Shown here piece by piece: positions 1-13,250 of a DNA stretch of 64,000 bases. The DNA comes from Raillietiella orientalis (lineage: Eukaryota): assembly GCA_036172245.1 (NCBI GenBank), contig JAYWIR010000042.1, positions 1,054,001-1,118,000 on the forward strand, written 5' to 3'. Each line of letters begins with the position of its first letter. The first letter of the stretch is position 1. The notes below the pieces were generated by a model. That model ran no database searches, had not been told where the DNA came from, and saw nothing but the letters and a program-made list of their open reading frames with translations. Made by a program: the position numbers and the translations under genes.

Positions 1-516
1 CCACTTGTGGGGAAAAAGAGGGCATCCTTTCACATTTCGTGTATCACCACCACACTTACATCTCCTTGCACACACCGAAGTGCACGTCTCGGAGCCAGGA
101 AAAAGGAGCCTCGCGAACAATTTCCGAAAAGGAAACCATCAAAGAAAAGTCGAAGAAGGGATGTTCGGAAAGAAGCAGGGGGTAGCGACCCGGTTTCGAC
201 TTCTGGACAAAAGAGAAACCCCACGACCCCTCACTCAGATTCCTATAAGGAAATCCTGTTTCCAAATTTTGGGTATTTCTCCCAGAATGCTGTTCATCTG
301 ATCTGGATGAAGCAGCTCATTGACAAAGCATAAATTCACGACGATGGCCCAAAATGTAAAATTCTGAAAGCGCGAATGAGGGTGGGATTTCCGATTTTAG
401 CATTTCGATTTTCTCTCTCTCTTTCTCCATCAATGGATTGTACGTGCATAAAGGGATGGATTTTGAAACCATTAAAAACATTTTATGAACATTCGTTTCA
501 TTATAATTACTTTCAG

Positions 517-1695
517 CGTGTTTTGGTTTCTGCGCATCCTTCTGCTCGTTATTCTTCATCAGGGATGACACACCAGGCATTTGTTGCAGGAAAATCTGCC
601 ATGACTCTTGAAAAATCTGCTCACCATTTGCAAGATTGGCATTATGACGCTGAGATGGCACGTCTGAAAGAACCCAAGGTGATGGAATTCAATTTGCAAC
701 AACCTGTGCGTTGGCCGGCCGAATGCCAGGTAACCCAAATTAAATTACATAACTGAAGTCGAAGTCGCTTTACGATTTAGTGCTTGATAGAAGAAGTATC
801 GCATCTGGATTCTTCTCCTGAGAAAGGAGAACCCTTTTACGAAGCCAACGGAGATGAACTACAGGAAATGCCAAGAGGAGAAACGCATGGCACTGTCATA
901 TACGATTACAAGCTCACGCCTGCTGTGAACTACGTAAGAACTGATTTTGGGGGAAATGTTTATTTCAAGCAGGGCAGCCCCTTTTGGGGTGGCTTCTCCT
1001 AAATATCGAGCGCGCAAAATTTGTTTCGCAACATGACTGTGGTCCAGAAACCGAGAGATAGTTGCTCTTTGCTACCATTTCCGCGATATTCCCACCGAGA
1101 AGGGACAAATTTCTGTACGTTGAATTCAGATCAAGGAGCTCATAAAAGCTACGAAAACTCCTAAGAGAACGCTCAATTGAGACAGTCTGCAGGAAATTTT
1201 CGCTTTCCATTCCATCTCTTTCTCACCTCTGAAACGTACCTCTCGCTACTATGGAACAGGGAAGGTGGTGTTGCAATAAGGTGATGAGGGTGGATTTTTT
1301 TGAACCGAACATCTCTCAAGAAGTGAAAACTCGGGAAACTCAATGATTTCTGAATATTTTACAAAAACATTTCACACATTCTCTGCAAAACAAAAAAAAA
1401 CTTCCTTTTGAGATGCAGTTATTTCATGGATGAACCGAACTTTCTATTTCGAGATCAGAACTCGCCTAAAGGGAGTGATGTAAGGTTTTTGCATCCGTAT
1501 CTTGATCCTTCTTCCCGGGTGCATCCACCATTACGCACTGGATGTGATCAGGACTACTTCAGTGAACAGCCCGCGAAATCCTTAGTGCTCGATAACTCAA
1601 AGATATCCTAGGAAAACGCATGACATAAAGGATCCTCGCTGAGATCTACATTTCTTCTGAAGCGATGACACCATAATGATGATGCTTGGTAGTGC

Positions 1696-1727
<32 letters not shown>

Positions 1728-4700
1728 CTTTACCGGGACACCCTCAGGTCACGGAAAGAAACAGAGCTTCAACACTGTTCTTTCTGTTCACAATGTGCGC
1801 ATCTGTACACGAGTTCACGAAGGGCTTAGAAGTGCCTCTGCACATTCCTTTCCCTTTTCTTCCTTCCATGTTTATTCTAGGAATCAAAAAGGCAAGAACC
1901 ACCTACACCAAAAATTTCCAAATTGCTCAAATCATTTGCCGATATCTGTTTTTGAATGAATCCGCGTCAGATCTCATGGTTTCTTTAGAGCTCTGAAGAT
2001 ATCAGAGTATGTTTCATGCAAGCCGACAGAATTCTCATCAAGAATCCTCGCCACTTTCGCATACGTTGTTAACACTTCCGCATTCTGCTTATGTTCTCTA
2101 TGTATCCTAATTTAACTGAGCGCATATTTTTTATCTCGAAGCCTCCATCCCAAGCTCAAATGGCACAGATCTTTGCGTATCGGTCCCCGGAAGAGAATGC
2201 TGCAAATCACCTCATGCGCTTTCCGGCGCACTCCTGTGCAGAGACCACGCGAAAAATGCACTCTTTCCTTCCTTTCTCTGAAGAAGCTGAATGTGATCAA
2301 GCACCTTGATCCCATCCAGCTTCCGTAGACCGATCTGCCAACAAGAAATGGGCACCCACGTATGCACGTGTGAGCGCATCTCATGAACGTGCGTTTCTTG
2401 TGCATACAGAAGTTTCCCGAATCCCGAGATCGAAAAGAATGATGAAAAAAGAAACTGAATCGAGCTAGGCAAGGTTCCAAGCAATGTTGATGTATTGCCT
2501 GGAAAAGAAAAAACAAAAGCCAAAAAAAAAAAAGAAAGAATGCCGAAATCACATCGAAATGCTGCGAACCAAACGATCTCCATGTGTCTTGGGCACCAGT
2601 GAGTGATTATAGTTTTGCATGATCAGGAATCCATGTGTCTGTGTGAATTATGCATTCATAATTAGAAAACTCAAGCCACACAGAAATTCCCGGAGCACTG
2701 TAATGAGGAAAGCTCTCCATTTCTCATTTCCCACACCACGGATCATTTCTGTTTATCAATCGCTTCACATGATTTTCCCTCAGCCTCATTGAATGAATTC
2801 TTAAAAACAAGGTTGCACCTTCATGCATCGGTAAGAATTGGTGCGATACAGAAGTCACACACTTTTATACCACGCCAACTATTGCAGGAACCACCAAATT
2901 TTCTGCTAATTCCATCTAATTTCCAGTTCTTCCGATCGTGCTACGTTGACGAACTCTCTCAAAGCTCAGAAGTTGCTGCGAATGGCCATCCAGAAAGCCT
3001 GCATTTCGAATCGCGTTTCGAGTGTGGAAATTTAGCCAAAGTCATAGAGATCAGTCCCCATGCCTACGAACTGCATCTGAGACCTGATTTGTACACCTGC
3101 CGACATGCTCAGTGGTACTATTTCAGAGTGCAAAATATGAAAATCAATGTCGTTTATAGGTAAGAGCTTTATATCCGGCAATTTAGTAAGGGTTTCCTTT
3201 GTGGCATTCTTCCATGTTGAGTGCCTCTTATTTCTGAAATCCATTCTTACAATTCGTTCGAACGTACGAATTCTTCTACGTCTGATTTTTCCATCGTGAA
3301 CTTTCAACGGCTAGCCAAGGTTGAGAATATAACAAGGAAACTCACACGGAAACATTTCGAAACGAAAAACTTTTGAACTTCCACACGCAGCATGCATTTC
3401 TAACTTTTAAGAGATCGAATTTGAAAAAAAAAAAAAAAAAAAAAAGCACCAATCTTAGACGTTAAAGAGGATGGACGCATATCCAGGGTTTTCCTGAGCT
3501 GACGGAGTGCGTGTGACGTGTGTGACGTTTTTATTTTTGTTGATCCAAGAGGGTTCTAATCCCTTCTACTCCATCATGGGGACCGAACTCCATTGAAGTT
3601 TCTTTGCATGTCGGCACGCATTTTACATGCGTACATCTGTAGGTGAGCGCTTTGAGAAGGCCAGGAAAATTTGTCTTCCACTCACAGAAATTAGATTTGG
3701 GATTCCCTCAAAAAGATGGTTAGGAAAACATTTATATGACAGTTCTTTCGATGGCGTTAGTTTACCGACGCTGTCGACGAAACAGTAAATGAGAGAACTT
3801 GAAAAGATGCAGTGCAAATAAAAAGCATTGAAATTACCGAACTGATGCAAAATTTGGGCGGATTAATTACTGATATTGGAATTCATGGATTCCATTCTGG
3901 GGATTGATCCTTGAGACAAGGAAGAGAAATGAATCCATGTATCTCGACAGAGTCACCAGATCTTGGTCGAAGCGCTTATTGAGAGGAATTCAAGCTCAGT
4001 CAATACCAATCAGGAAGAACAGCTTTGAAAATCTCCATCCTCGGGATGAAAAGTGTCTTCTGATAGGGAAAGGATCATGAAATTCTGACGAGCAAGCTTT
4101 CACACGACCTAAAATGGGTTTCTAGATGCTGTTTCTAACGCTGGTGCTGCTGGACTCGCTTTTTGTCCTTTCTGCTTGCCTCTCGAACCGTAGAGGCCAA
4201 TAGAGGGATCGACACTTCCGAGGCCCAGCCGCTCATCTGTCTTGATCTGCACCAAGAAAACACGCAAAACGCCATTCAGCAAAAGTCTCGTTTGTTTCTT
4301 TTTTTTGTTTCTGATGATGCCAACGGAAAATGAAAACGCGTACAGGGTCACACACTGTAACAAAAATCGCATCATTCCCGAGGGCAGTGCAGACTGCGCC
4401 AAAGAGACAGCTGCGAGCCGATGGCGACGAGATTGTGCGGAACTGGCGAGGACTCACGTCAAAACCTATTCATGGAGCCACTACTGATAGCAGCAGTTAG
4501 AAAAAAGCCTACGGCTATCGCTTCTCGTCAGTGGTGCTCCCCAGCTGTCGGATCCACGAGTCCTGGGTACCTCGAGATGGGCGGAGAAGGCCATCCGGAG
4601 GGAAACCATGGTGGAGGCACCCGAGGGAGCTCAGGGCCTTTTAAAGGTCCCTCCTACCTCAGCTTAATCGATACAAGAAGATCCCCCCTCCAGCCACCCG

Positions 4701-7700
4701 CCGTCCTTGGCATTGCAAGTGCACTGAAAAGCCTCCAAACTAGAGAGTCTCTGCATGAGCGAGAGCGCTCTCTTGAAATCCCTGCCTCGCTAACCCTCGC
4801 TTGCATTTTTTTCCAGTTTCTCCATCGTCAACCTGATGAAGACTGACAGTCTGTACCTGCAGGGTCTACGTCCTGTCATGTATTCAGAGAAGGAAGCGGA
4901 GGTTTCCGGAAAGGGATGGCAACGATGTGCCTCTAACATCTCTTATTTCTGCAACCAGAAGGAGTGAGAGATCCGGAGTACCGGGGGGTGCAAAAAAAGG
5001 ATTGGGTTCCATCACGCCTCCTCCTTTGGTTCAGGAGAAAGGATATCAAGAGGAGAGGGAGAGGAGGAAACCATGACCTGACCTACAGCCTCCGTTTCGA
5101 CATCTCTTTTCCTTTCGAGGATGACAGCGTGTACCTCGCTCACTGCTATCCCTACGCCTACACCAAACTGAAGAGATTCCTGAAGAGCATACAGGTGGAA
5201 TATTTCAGATGATTTTTCCTTACCTGATGACTACCTGATCCTCTCGTGGTTGGAACGATCCCCCTGCTGCTTTCCTGAAGACCATATTTTCTGGTTCCGA
5301 GAGCACGAAGAAATATTCCCTTGACAGTCTTCCACAAAACGGTTCCGTCTCCCTCCTATTATTCCGGATCCTCATCATCCTCACCACCTACCGCCATCTT
5401 TCTTCTTTCTCACAGCTCTTTTTCTCCCCACGCTTAGTTCTTCTAATTTGTCGACTTCTAGAACGATGCAGAGTTGGCTCGCTTCTGTCGATCCAGGCTG
5501 ATGTGTCGCACGCTGGCAGGAAACCACGCGTACCTACTAACGATCAGTGAGCCTCCGGCGGACCCGGACGTGAAGGTCGGTCAGAGGGTGCAAGGAAACA
5601 GCTAGAACGGTTGCTGCTGATATTCAGAAGAAGGTCGTCTTCCTCACGGGAAGGATCCATCCTGGAGAAACACAGTCGTCGTGGATACTGCATGGCATCA
5701 TCCGCTTCCTTACGTCTCAGCACTCAGTCGCCAAGGTAACCCACTAAAACTCTCACCCTTTCCATGAGGAAGAGGAAGCGAGCGAGAAAGAATGCAGAGC
5801 AGTTTTTGGTGCCTCCGGCCGAAGCGACTATCATGCGCGGTGACTGCTGATTATCGGCTTCGATTAGCGACACAGCCGTGTCTTCCGGCTGTCGCATCCG
5901 CGGGTTTGGGTACCTCCAGAATGGATGGGAGGAGGCCATCCGAAGGAGAGCCACGGTGGAGGTGCCTGAAGGATCTCAGAACCTTTCGGAGGTCCCGCCT
6001 ACCTTATTTCAATCCGCAGGATCCCTCACCACCCTCGGCACGTCTCGACCACAGGGGGCGAAACCATTGCGCATACCTGCATATCCACCACCACAACCAT
6101 CGAGAAGATGGCATGGTGCCCTCTCGCGTTCTTTCCCTCTTCGACGAAAAGTTCATTGATTCTCCTTTTGCATCAAGCTGTCTCCTGGAGTGCAGCAAGC
6201 TTCCAGACAACAGCTTCGCCTCTCTGAGGGCCGAAAAAAGAGCGCAGAGAGATCCGTGTTTTCTCCCTACTTTTGCCCTCTTCAGTGACGGCGGCACTCT
6301 GTGCTAGGCCCCTCGAGCGAGCGTGCGCTCTCGTGAGCATTCTGCGAGACCCGTGCGGAGATTGTACACTTGGGTCACTTCCCCTCTCCTCTTCTTTGGC
6401 CACCTCAGCAAAAGAAAGTAACGGATACTTCTCGCTCTTTTTCCGACTCTGTCTGTTTCTCCTTCTTCTTTTCTCTTGTGCTCCTTAGTTTGGTTTGTTT
6501 GTTTGTCTTTTTCTGGTCTCTTCGTTTTCGTCCAGAGAGGTTTAGAAGAACGAATCCGTGTGCGGAGCACCACGCAACGGAATCCTCTTTTTTGAAGCAA
6601 TTGCGAGCCCCACAGGACGCGCTCTTGTAATGAAGAGAGCTGCGGAGCAGGGCAGGAATCCCCCCGAGGCATCCCATCGCTCCTTCTAGAAGAGGGCGGT
6701 GGAGCCCCCGAAAGGCATAACCGATGCCACCTGTGAGTTCTTGAGAGGCGGGGGAGCTCCGGGAAGCTGCACCGTGCACGAGCGGCAGGGGCACCTGCGC
6801 GTCTCTCCGAAGACACCTCATGAGGCGGAGCTCGCGACGGGAAAGAGTTGTTCTGTGCTGCGGTGCGATGATCGCGTGGCACGTGGATCGTGGGCGTGCG
6901 GTCGCGAGAGATGACGGTGGAAATGGCGCGCGGGAAGCGTTCAAACGTCCATCCGTTCCACAACTTCAAGCTCTGCAGGAGGGCAGTCGTCAAAACCGTG
7001 AGAACAGGAAAGGAGGACCAGTAGAGGTAACAGAAAGAAGCGGCGCCCAGCACCCTCATCAGTATTCTCGGAACGTGGAGGAACTCATGTTTTCCAAATT
7101 GGAAGAGCGTCCTCCCGGAAAAAAAAAAGGAAGGAGGAATGGGATGATGATGCATTCCGGGAATCGGAAAGATGAGATTCGTCTTCCTGCGAATGTCATC
7201 CGCCGCGGATGAGGTGTCAGAATTCCCGTCCCACTTGCCTGGATGCACAGGGAACTTGTCTTCGACTAGGAAATCCTGTTTCGATTTGAAAGATCAGTCA
7301 GGACGTCCTCGAGAGAAGAAAAGTGAAATCCAAGGGAGGAATGAAGAAGGGATGGATTCGGTCCGGTGATAGGAAAAGGCGAATAAAGTGTCAAGGGTAG
7401 TTCTGTCATCCGACGAACGGATCTCCGATAAGCTTCCGGACCCGAGCTGCCATCATGGATTCATACATGGGAGCCCGATTCGATTCCCGAGACCCCCATC
7501 ACGGTGATTCTCACCTCCCGATTGCGCGCTCTGGCGCCGGTGCCGGCGGCCGAGCAGCAGCCGGCCATTTGGCTAGGAGACTTTCCGTAGGACCGCGTGC
7601 GGAAGAACCCGCGCTCCTTCTGGAGATGCAGAAGCACTCCCTCGCTACCTCCTTACATACGGGCAGTATCGCGGCCGCTGAACGAAAGGGAGGCGCGATT

Positions 7701-10700
7701 ATTGCTAGTTGAAAACTACCTCCTTCCAAGCAGGAGCCGCCCTCCGCTTGCTTCCAGGAAGTTCCTGTCTCGGCGACTCCAGAGGGCGCCCGACTCCGAA
7801 TTTTCCAGCCTCGAAGACGGATCCGGAAAGGAGCGACGGGAGACCTTCGACGACACTCCGGAAGCAGCTTCTCGCGGACGACAGGGATGCCCCTGCGGAG
7901 AGCGCTGCCTATTCCCGGTTCTGCATCGGAACCGTTGCGGCTAGTGAAATCAGCATCAGATGGATTGAACTTTATGGGCACCCTCGGTGCTTCCACCGTC
8001 TGTCGAAGCGGCGCCACGAGAGCGGCTCATCGGACTTTTGCCTCCATTTCTAGAGCTGAAGTGTGCTCGTGAACGTCTGGACCTATCTCTTACGGGGCTG
8101 AGCGAAATGAAGAGCAGCTTGTGGGAAAAACCAACTGCGCGATCCCGAAACTGATGCTCCGCACAACTCAATGAGACGTTCCTCAAGGAGAAATGGTACT
8201 TTCACCGGTGCACCGGCAAGTCATCTTTCCATCATACAAACTACCTTTCATCTGCATTGCGACTCGAAAACAGAGAGAAAGAGGGGAGAGAGGGAGAGAG
8301 AACGAACGTTCACTGATTTCATTTTCAAGTGCACCAATCTCTGCGAGATCGAAAGGGTGCGGGAAAATGCTTTCATTGGTTTCCCTTCGGGATTTAGTTG
8401 AAGAGTGCATCCACAAAAGAAACAAAAAAATGCTTTCTAATGGTTTTTGTAGGATGTTAGTAATTATTGAAAGCATTTCGCAAGATGAGTGTGTGTGCTT
8501 CCTGATCCCACGAAGGCATTGAAGAGTCGATGCAGTCCCATCTGCAGCCTCTCGCTGTCTGTCCCGCGCTTCCGGAATAAAAAGAAAGTGTTCCCCCTCC
8601 TCCTTCATATTGCACTCCGAAGTTGCGCTCGCCTAGAATCTTTTTCGACCTAGGGTCTACAGAAGAGAACCTGGCCTTGGCCAGCACACAGATGCTTCTT
8701 CTTCACCATTGCTTTTCGATCTCAGGCAACCTCTGCATGCGTAAGAAACGCACGTTCATGAGATGCGCACGCATGTGCATATCTGCAACATACGCGTTTA
8801 TACGTGTGCGTGCATATTTCTTGTTGGCAGACCGGTCAACGGAAGCTGAATGGGATCAAGCACCCTGATCCCATTCAGCTTCTTCAGAGAAAGGAAAGAG
8901 TCCAAGGTGCATTTTTCGCGTGGTCTCTGCACAGGAATGCGCCGGAAAGCGCCTTGCCGATGAGGTGATTTGCAGGCGTTCTCTTCTGGGGACTGATACG
9001 CAAAGATTTGAACCTGGGAATGGAAGTCGCGAGATTAAAGTACCTGCATCAGCATTCTCGTATGAGAGAAGAGCCAGGATAGGTTTGTTGAAATCATGAA
9101 GGAACATTCTCAGATAATGATGGGTTTGTAAAGCAAATAGGAATTGGAATGTTAAGACTTTGGTCAGCAAAAAGCTGGATTTCAATTACCTAAAATGCTG
9201 GAAAAGGAATTATTGCGGAAAGAATTTAATCTTTGACGATTCATAATTCTGCTTAATCAATAGAAAAACTCCGTGTTCGTCCACAGAACCTTATCAGTAC
9301 TTATCTCTAATCGTAAGGGGAAGCATTTGAGATATCTGAATGTGTATCTTTCATCTTCACGCAAGAATCCCACAAGGGAAAAAAAATAGCTGGATTTCAT
9401 TTAGAGTGTAGCCCGTGGGATGTTCATTAGTGTTATGACAATCTTGCTTGCTTTCATGCCAAACTGCCATGTTCTCATACAATCATTCCGTAAAGCATCC
9501 AAATGCCTCCATCAGTCTTTTGAAAATACTGACAAAGAATCCAGTGTTTCACAACCGGAAAAATCAAGTGACACGCAGTGTCAATTGGTTGTGATTTCGA
9601 AATTCCCTGGAAGGTTTGCATCTTCTTTTCTGATCTGTCACGATAAAAGTTCATTTCGTAATGATTCGTTGCTCATCACGGTGATTCTAGTGGTCATAGA
9701 CATTATCTGAAATCATCTCCGCACAAGCAAATCTATATATGTCTAGGAAAAAAGGTGCATGTGTGCCCTTTGAGCATGCAGGGATCCCGTTTCCGAAGCC
9801 CCTGATTACTCAATTATACTCTATAGTGTAGCCGTTCCGACACACTGAATAACACTGAATGTGATCTCTTGAGTCGAAAAGATGTACATCTCGTGAACGA
9901 GTAGGCTTTCCGAATTATTCCAAGTGTTCGGTTGCCTCGGCTCCGAGACTCTCTGACCAGAGGACGCGAATCGAGAATTAATCAATTGTCATGTAGCTGA
10001 AAGAAAATACTGGAAATCACTCGATTTGATTCTAAAACTTGGATCATAGGGGAGGTGAAACTGAGATGGCACTAGAAAAAAATGAAAAGTTCATTTCTTT
10101 CTCACGTGTCTTATGATTCCTTATACATATCGTGAGTGAATTTGAAATTTTTTTGTCGAGGAGCAAAAGTTATGAGGAGCAAAAATGAATTCAACCCATA
10201 TCGACATTCCGGCTGGGAGAGACTCGGATCCACCCTCTGAAAAATCCAAGATTGTACTTGCGGCATTCTTATTCATTCTTGTTGCTTTTGATTTGTTTTT
10301 GTTTTTTTTTGTCTCTTGATCACTGGTGAACAAGGGCTTCCTTGAAAATTTCAAACAAGAAAAAAAAAAAAAAAAAGGAAAGTTGCATGGAGCAAACCAG
10401 TATGGTAAGCAAAGCTTCGTCGATAGCAGGCATCATTACGAGGAGCATTCGGTAGTTTCTCCAGTTATGAATGTTTCTTGTCATTTATGGCATCGAATGA
10501 ACTTCATCCTCCTCAGGACAAGGTGAAACTGAAGGAAGTTTATGTATGGACCAGGATTTCCTCACTGGTTAGCACTTTAGTACCGTAATGATCAGTGACT
10601 GTCATTGCTATATTGCTCAGTTCAGCTACAGCAAATTGAAAGTGCACGAGAAAAATGAGCATTTGCGATGACCAATCGGGAACAGAACACCATCTCCGTA

Positions 10701-12722
10701 CAGTAGTGGACGACTGCCCCGTATATACGCTTTTTGATGCTTAAACGAGGCTAATTTCAATGGGCGCTCAAATCAGGAACAATGGCACCGGCGAGATGTG
10801 CCCACGCTGAGGAGTCCCTTTTGTCCCGAGAGTTCCACGAAGAAATTTGCGGTTGTTCAATGTTGGCTTTGCTCATCGCAGGGTTCCTGGTGCCGCAAGC
10901 GGTCTTTGGAGCAAGCGACGCTGAGAGCGGCAACCTACCGTTCCGAAGAATCGACTCCAAGTTGCGTGCATCCAAATTAAAGAAGCGGATCAGCAGCAGA
11001 TGTGTTCCTGTATTACGCTTCGGATACAGACATCTTCCGAGCTCACTTTGTTTTTGTTTTCTTCCTCTCCACCTCCACTCCCTACCCCTGAGCCCTCGAA
11101 CTCTTGTCTGTGGAAGCCTTACCCCAAAGGGAACTGGCCCTACCGAGTTTGAACAGGTCGGCACGAAGAATAGGCAGTAAACTTCACGGAAACAAACCCC
11201 TGCGGAACGATGAAAACGGAAACGCCTTCGTGTCGAGTTTTGCAGCTCAGCCATCTTGGCAAAGCAGGTCGTGGAATTTATCAGGGTCTCCGTTTCTTCC
11301 TTCCATGAGAACGTCACCGAGCACCTTGGAGGGCGGTCGTCATGGACGCTGCTCCTCCTTCCAAGCTGCGTCAGGGAACTCGGTGCAAAGTACCTGAACA
11401 AACACCAGGGAAAACTCGACGCCTGTTCCGTCCGGTCTGGGCCCGTCGTTTTGGAATGCTCTTGGCCTTCGGCTGCAGTCACGTCATCTGTCGGATGCTC
11501 CGTCGGCCCTTTCGCACGGCGAAGTCAAGACGAGGTCTGCTGCCGGCAGAAGAAAAGCGCGCTCTCCCCCTTTGCCCTTCGGAGATAGGGGCAGTGGGAA
11601 GGGTGTCCAGGGTGGCGCGGGTTCAGCTCCGTCGTCGCTTCTCGCAGACAGTCACCACCACGCCCCAGCAGCGGGCGGCGCGCGGGAACCCGTGGATCCT
11701 CTGCGCGCCTTGGCCAACGCGCGTGCTCCTCCTCGAAAGACGCGGCACCCGATGCACGATGCTCGCGACGCCTCTTGTCCAGGAAGGAGCTCCTTGAACG
11801 GCGCGATCGAGAAGAGGAGTCCCGAAACGGGGAAAGACTCGTTCCTCTCGCTCTGCCGCGCTTGCTTCCCCTCCTGCCCTCCCCCCTTCCTTCCTTTCAT
11901 CTCAGGTCACGGCATCCCCTCTGATCACCTGCGGATCGCTCATCCCACTGTCCTTGCAGATTTTACGCTCGCGGTACATCTTCAAGATCGTTCCCATGAT
12001 GAACCCGGACGGGGTGGTTGTGGGGAACAGTCGTTGCTCCCTATCCGGCAAGGACCTCAACCGCCAGTTCAGGAACGCCTCGAGGGAGGTCTTTCCCACC
12101 ATCTGGCACATGAAGAACATCGTGAAGAGGTGAGGCGAGGAGCTCCGGTCTCCCTAGACGCCTGAGCCGTCCGACGCGCGCTCCCCCTCGCGGCGGGGGG
12201 CCGTGGAGGGAGTGCCGCGAGCACGCCATTCGCTGCTCGCCCCCCCCCCCCCAGGCTGCTCAGCGAAGGAAAGGTCGACGTCTTCTGCGACTTCCACGGC
12301 CACTCCCAGAAGCACAACGTCTTCATGTACGGCTGCTGCGGGAACGCCTGCGGCGTCGGCGAGCTCCTGGAGCGGCTACTCCCGCTGCTGATGTCTCGCC
12401 GCTCGGCGGAGAGGGTGAGTGGAGGCGGAAGGGCGCGGCCGGGGGGGCGGTCCCACCGCTCACAGCCAGCGCGGGCGGGGGCGGGCGCCCTGCGCAGTTT
12501 TCCTTCGTCAGCTGCAAGTTCGACGTGCGGGTGGCCAAGGAGGGCACGGCGCGCGCCGCCCTCTGGAAGATGGGCCTGCGCAACAGCTTCACCCTGGAGG
12601 CGTCCACCGGCGGCTCATCGGCCACCAGGAGACTCTTCACCATCCGGGACTACCTGAGCGTCGGCAGGGACTTCTGCATGTGCCTGGAGGAGCTCGCCAG
12701 CTGCGACCCCATGGCGGTGATG
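517..12722 (+). CDS. Nna1: Cytosolic carboxypeptidase (M14D, Nna1/NnaD, CCP2/CCP3 = AGBL2/3-like tubulin deglutamylase); core 10 exons, 5' and 3' ends uncertain
   Basis: Phase-consistent GT-AG exons: 517(or 590)-729, 781-933, 2927-3159, 4817-4963, 5035-5194, 5462-5575, 5628-5735, 11960-12129, 12255-12414, 12498-12722. The spliced protein has [10 protein letters not shown] (CCP2/3-type N-terminal motif), [22 protein letters not shown], zinc motif [31 protein letters not shown] and catalytic Glu in SFTLEAS. Start codon not established. No stop at 12722, so further exons must follow (candidate 13251-13762). Confidence 0.93.
1699..1727 (+). repeat. Poly(T) mononucleotide run (29 nt) in a carboxypeptidase intron
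   Basis: Directly visible. Shorter A runs also occur, e.g. 3424-3445. Confidence 0.9.
2166..2446 (+). repeat. Dispersed ~280-310 bp repeat, copy 1 (probable non-autonomous transposon/MITE-like), with internal hairpin at 2283-2323
   Basis: Aligns by eye along its length with the reverse complement of 8702-9010, e.g. cctgtgcagagaccacgcgaaaaatgcac and gcgcatctcatgaacgtgcgtttctt. Confidence 0.85.
8702..9010 (-). repeat. Dispersed repeat, copy 2 (inverted relative to copy 1), with perfect 17-bp hairpin at 8842-8882
   Basis: Reverse complement matches 2166-2446 with a few substitutions and small indels. Arms are gaagctgaatgggatca / tgatcccattcagcttc. Confidence 0.85.
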
Positions 12723-13250
12723 GTACGTGCGCGCGCGCGTGGACTCCGGACGATGAGGGGAGAGGCGCCCCGAAAGGCGCGGAAATGTCCTTTCGGACCT
12801 CTCATGCGACCCCTGGGACCCCGGGAAAGAGGAAGGCAAGGAGGAGCTTCTCCCTTCCGCCTGGAGGGAGCACCGGCCGTCCCTCCCCTCTCGGAGTGAC
12901 GGAGCTCCCTCCACGTCTCCCTGACGATCCGCGAGGAAGTGCGGCAGACGGTCCCCCGGGTGGTCCTGGAAGAGTCGGGATTGTTCCGTCCCCACAGACT
13001 ACCGCGCGCGCGGCCCTCGCCGCAACCCCCGCAACCTACTGAGGAACCCTCTGAATCCGGAGCGGCCCAGCGATCGTGGACACCGCTCGCTTACCCCCTA
13101 GCTCCCAGAGGTAGCTCAGCGGAGACCTCGATCTGCTCTTCTAGTCAACCGTGCTGCCCAGCCCCGCCGATTTTACATTAAGAGAGCGAGCGAGCGCGCA
13201 GCGTCGGAGAGCACAACCGCACCATCTCCTGCCCTTCCTCCTTTCCCCAG

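Noticed and set aside
8104..8120. 17-mer gaaatgaagagcagctt repeated at 36944-36960
   Set aside because: The flanks align only weakly; too short to call an element without a search.
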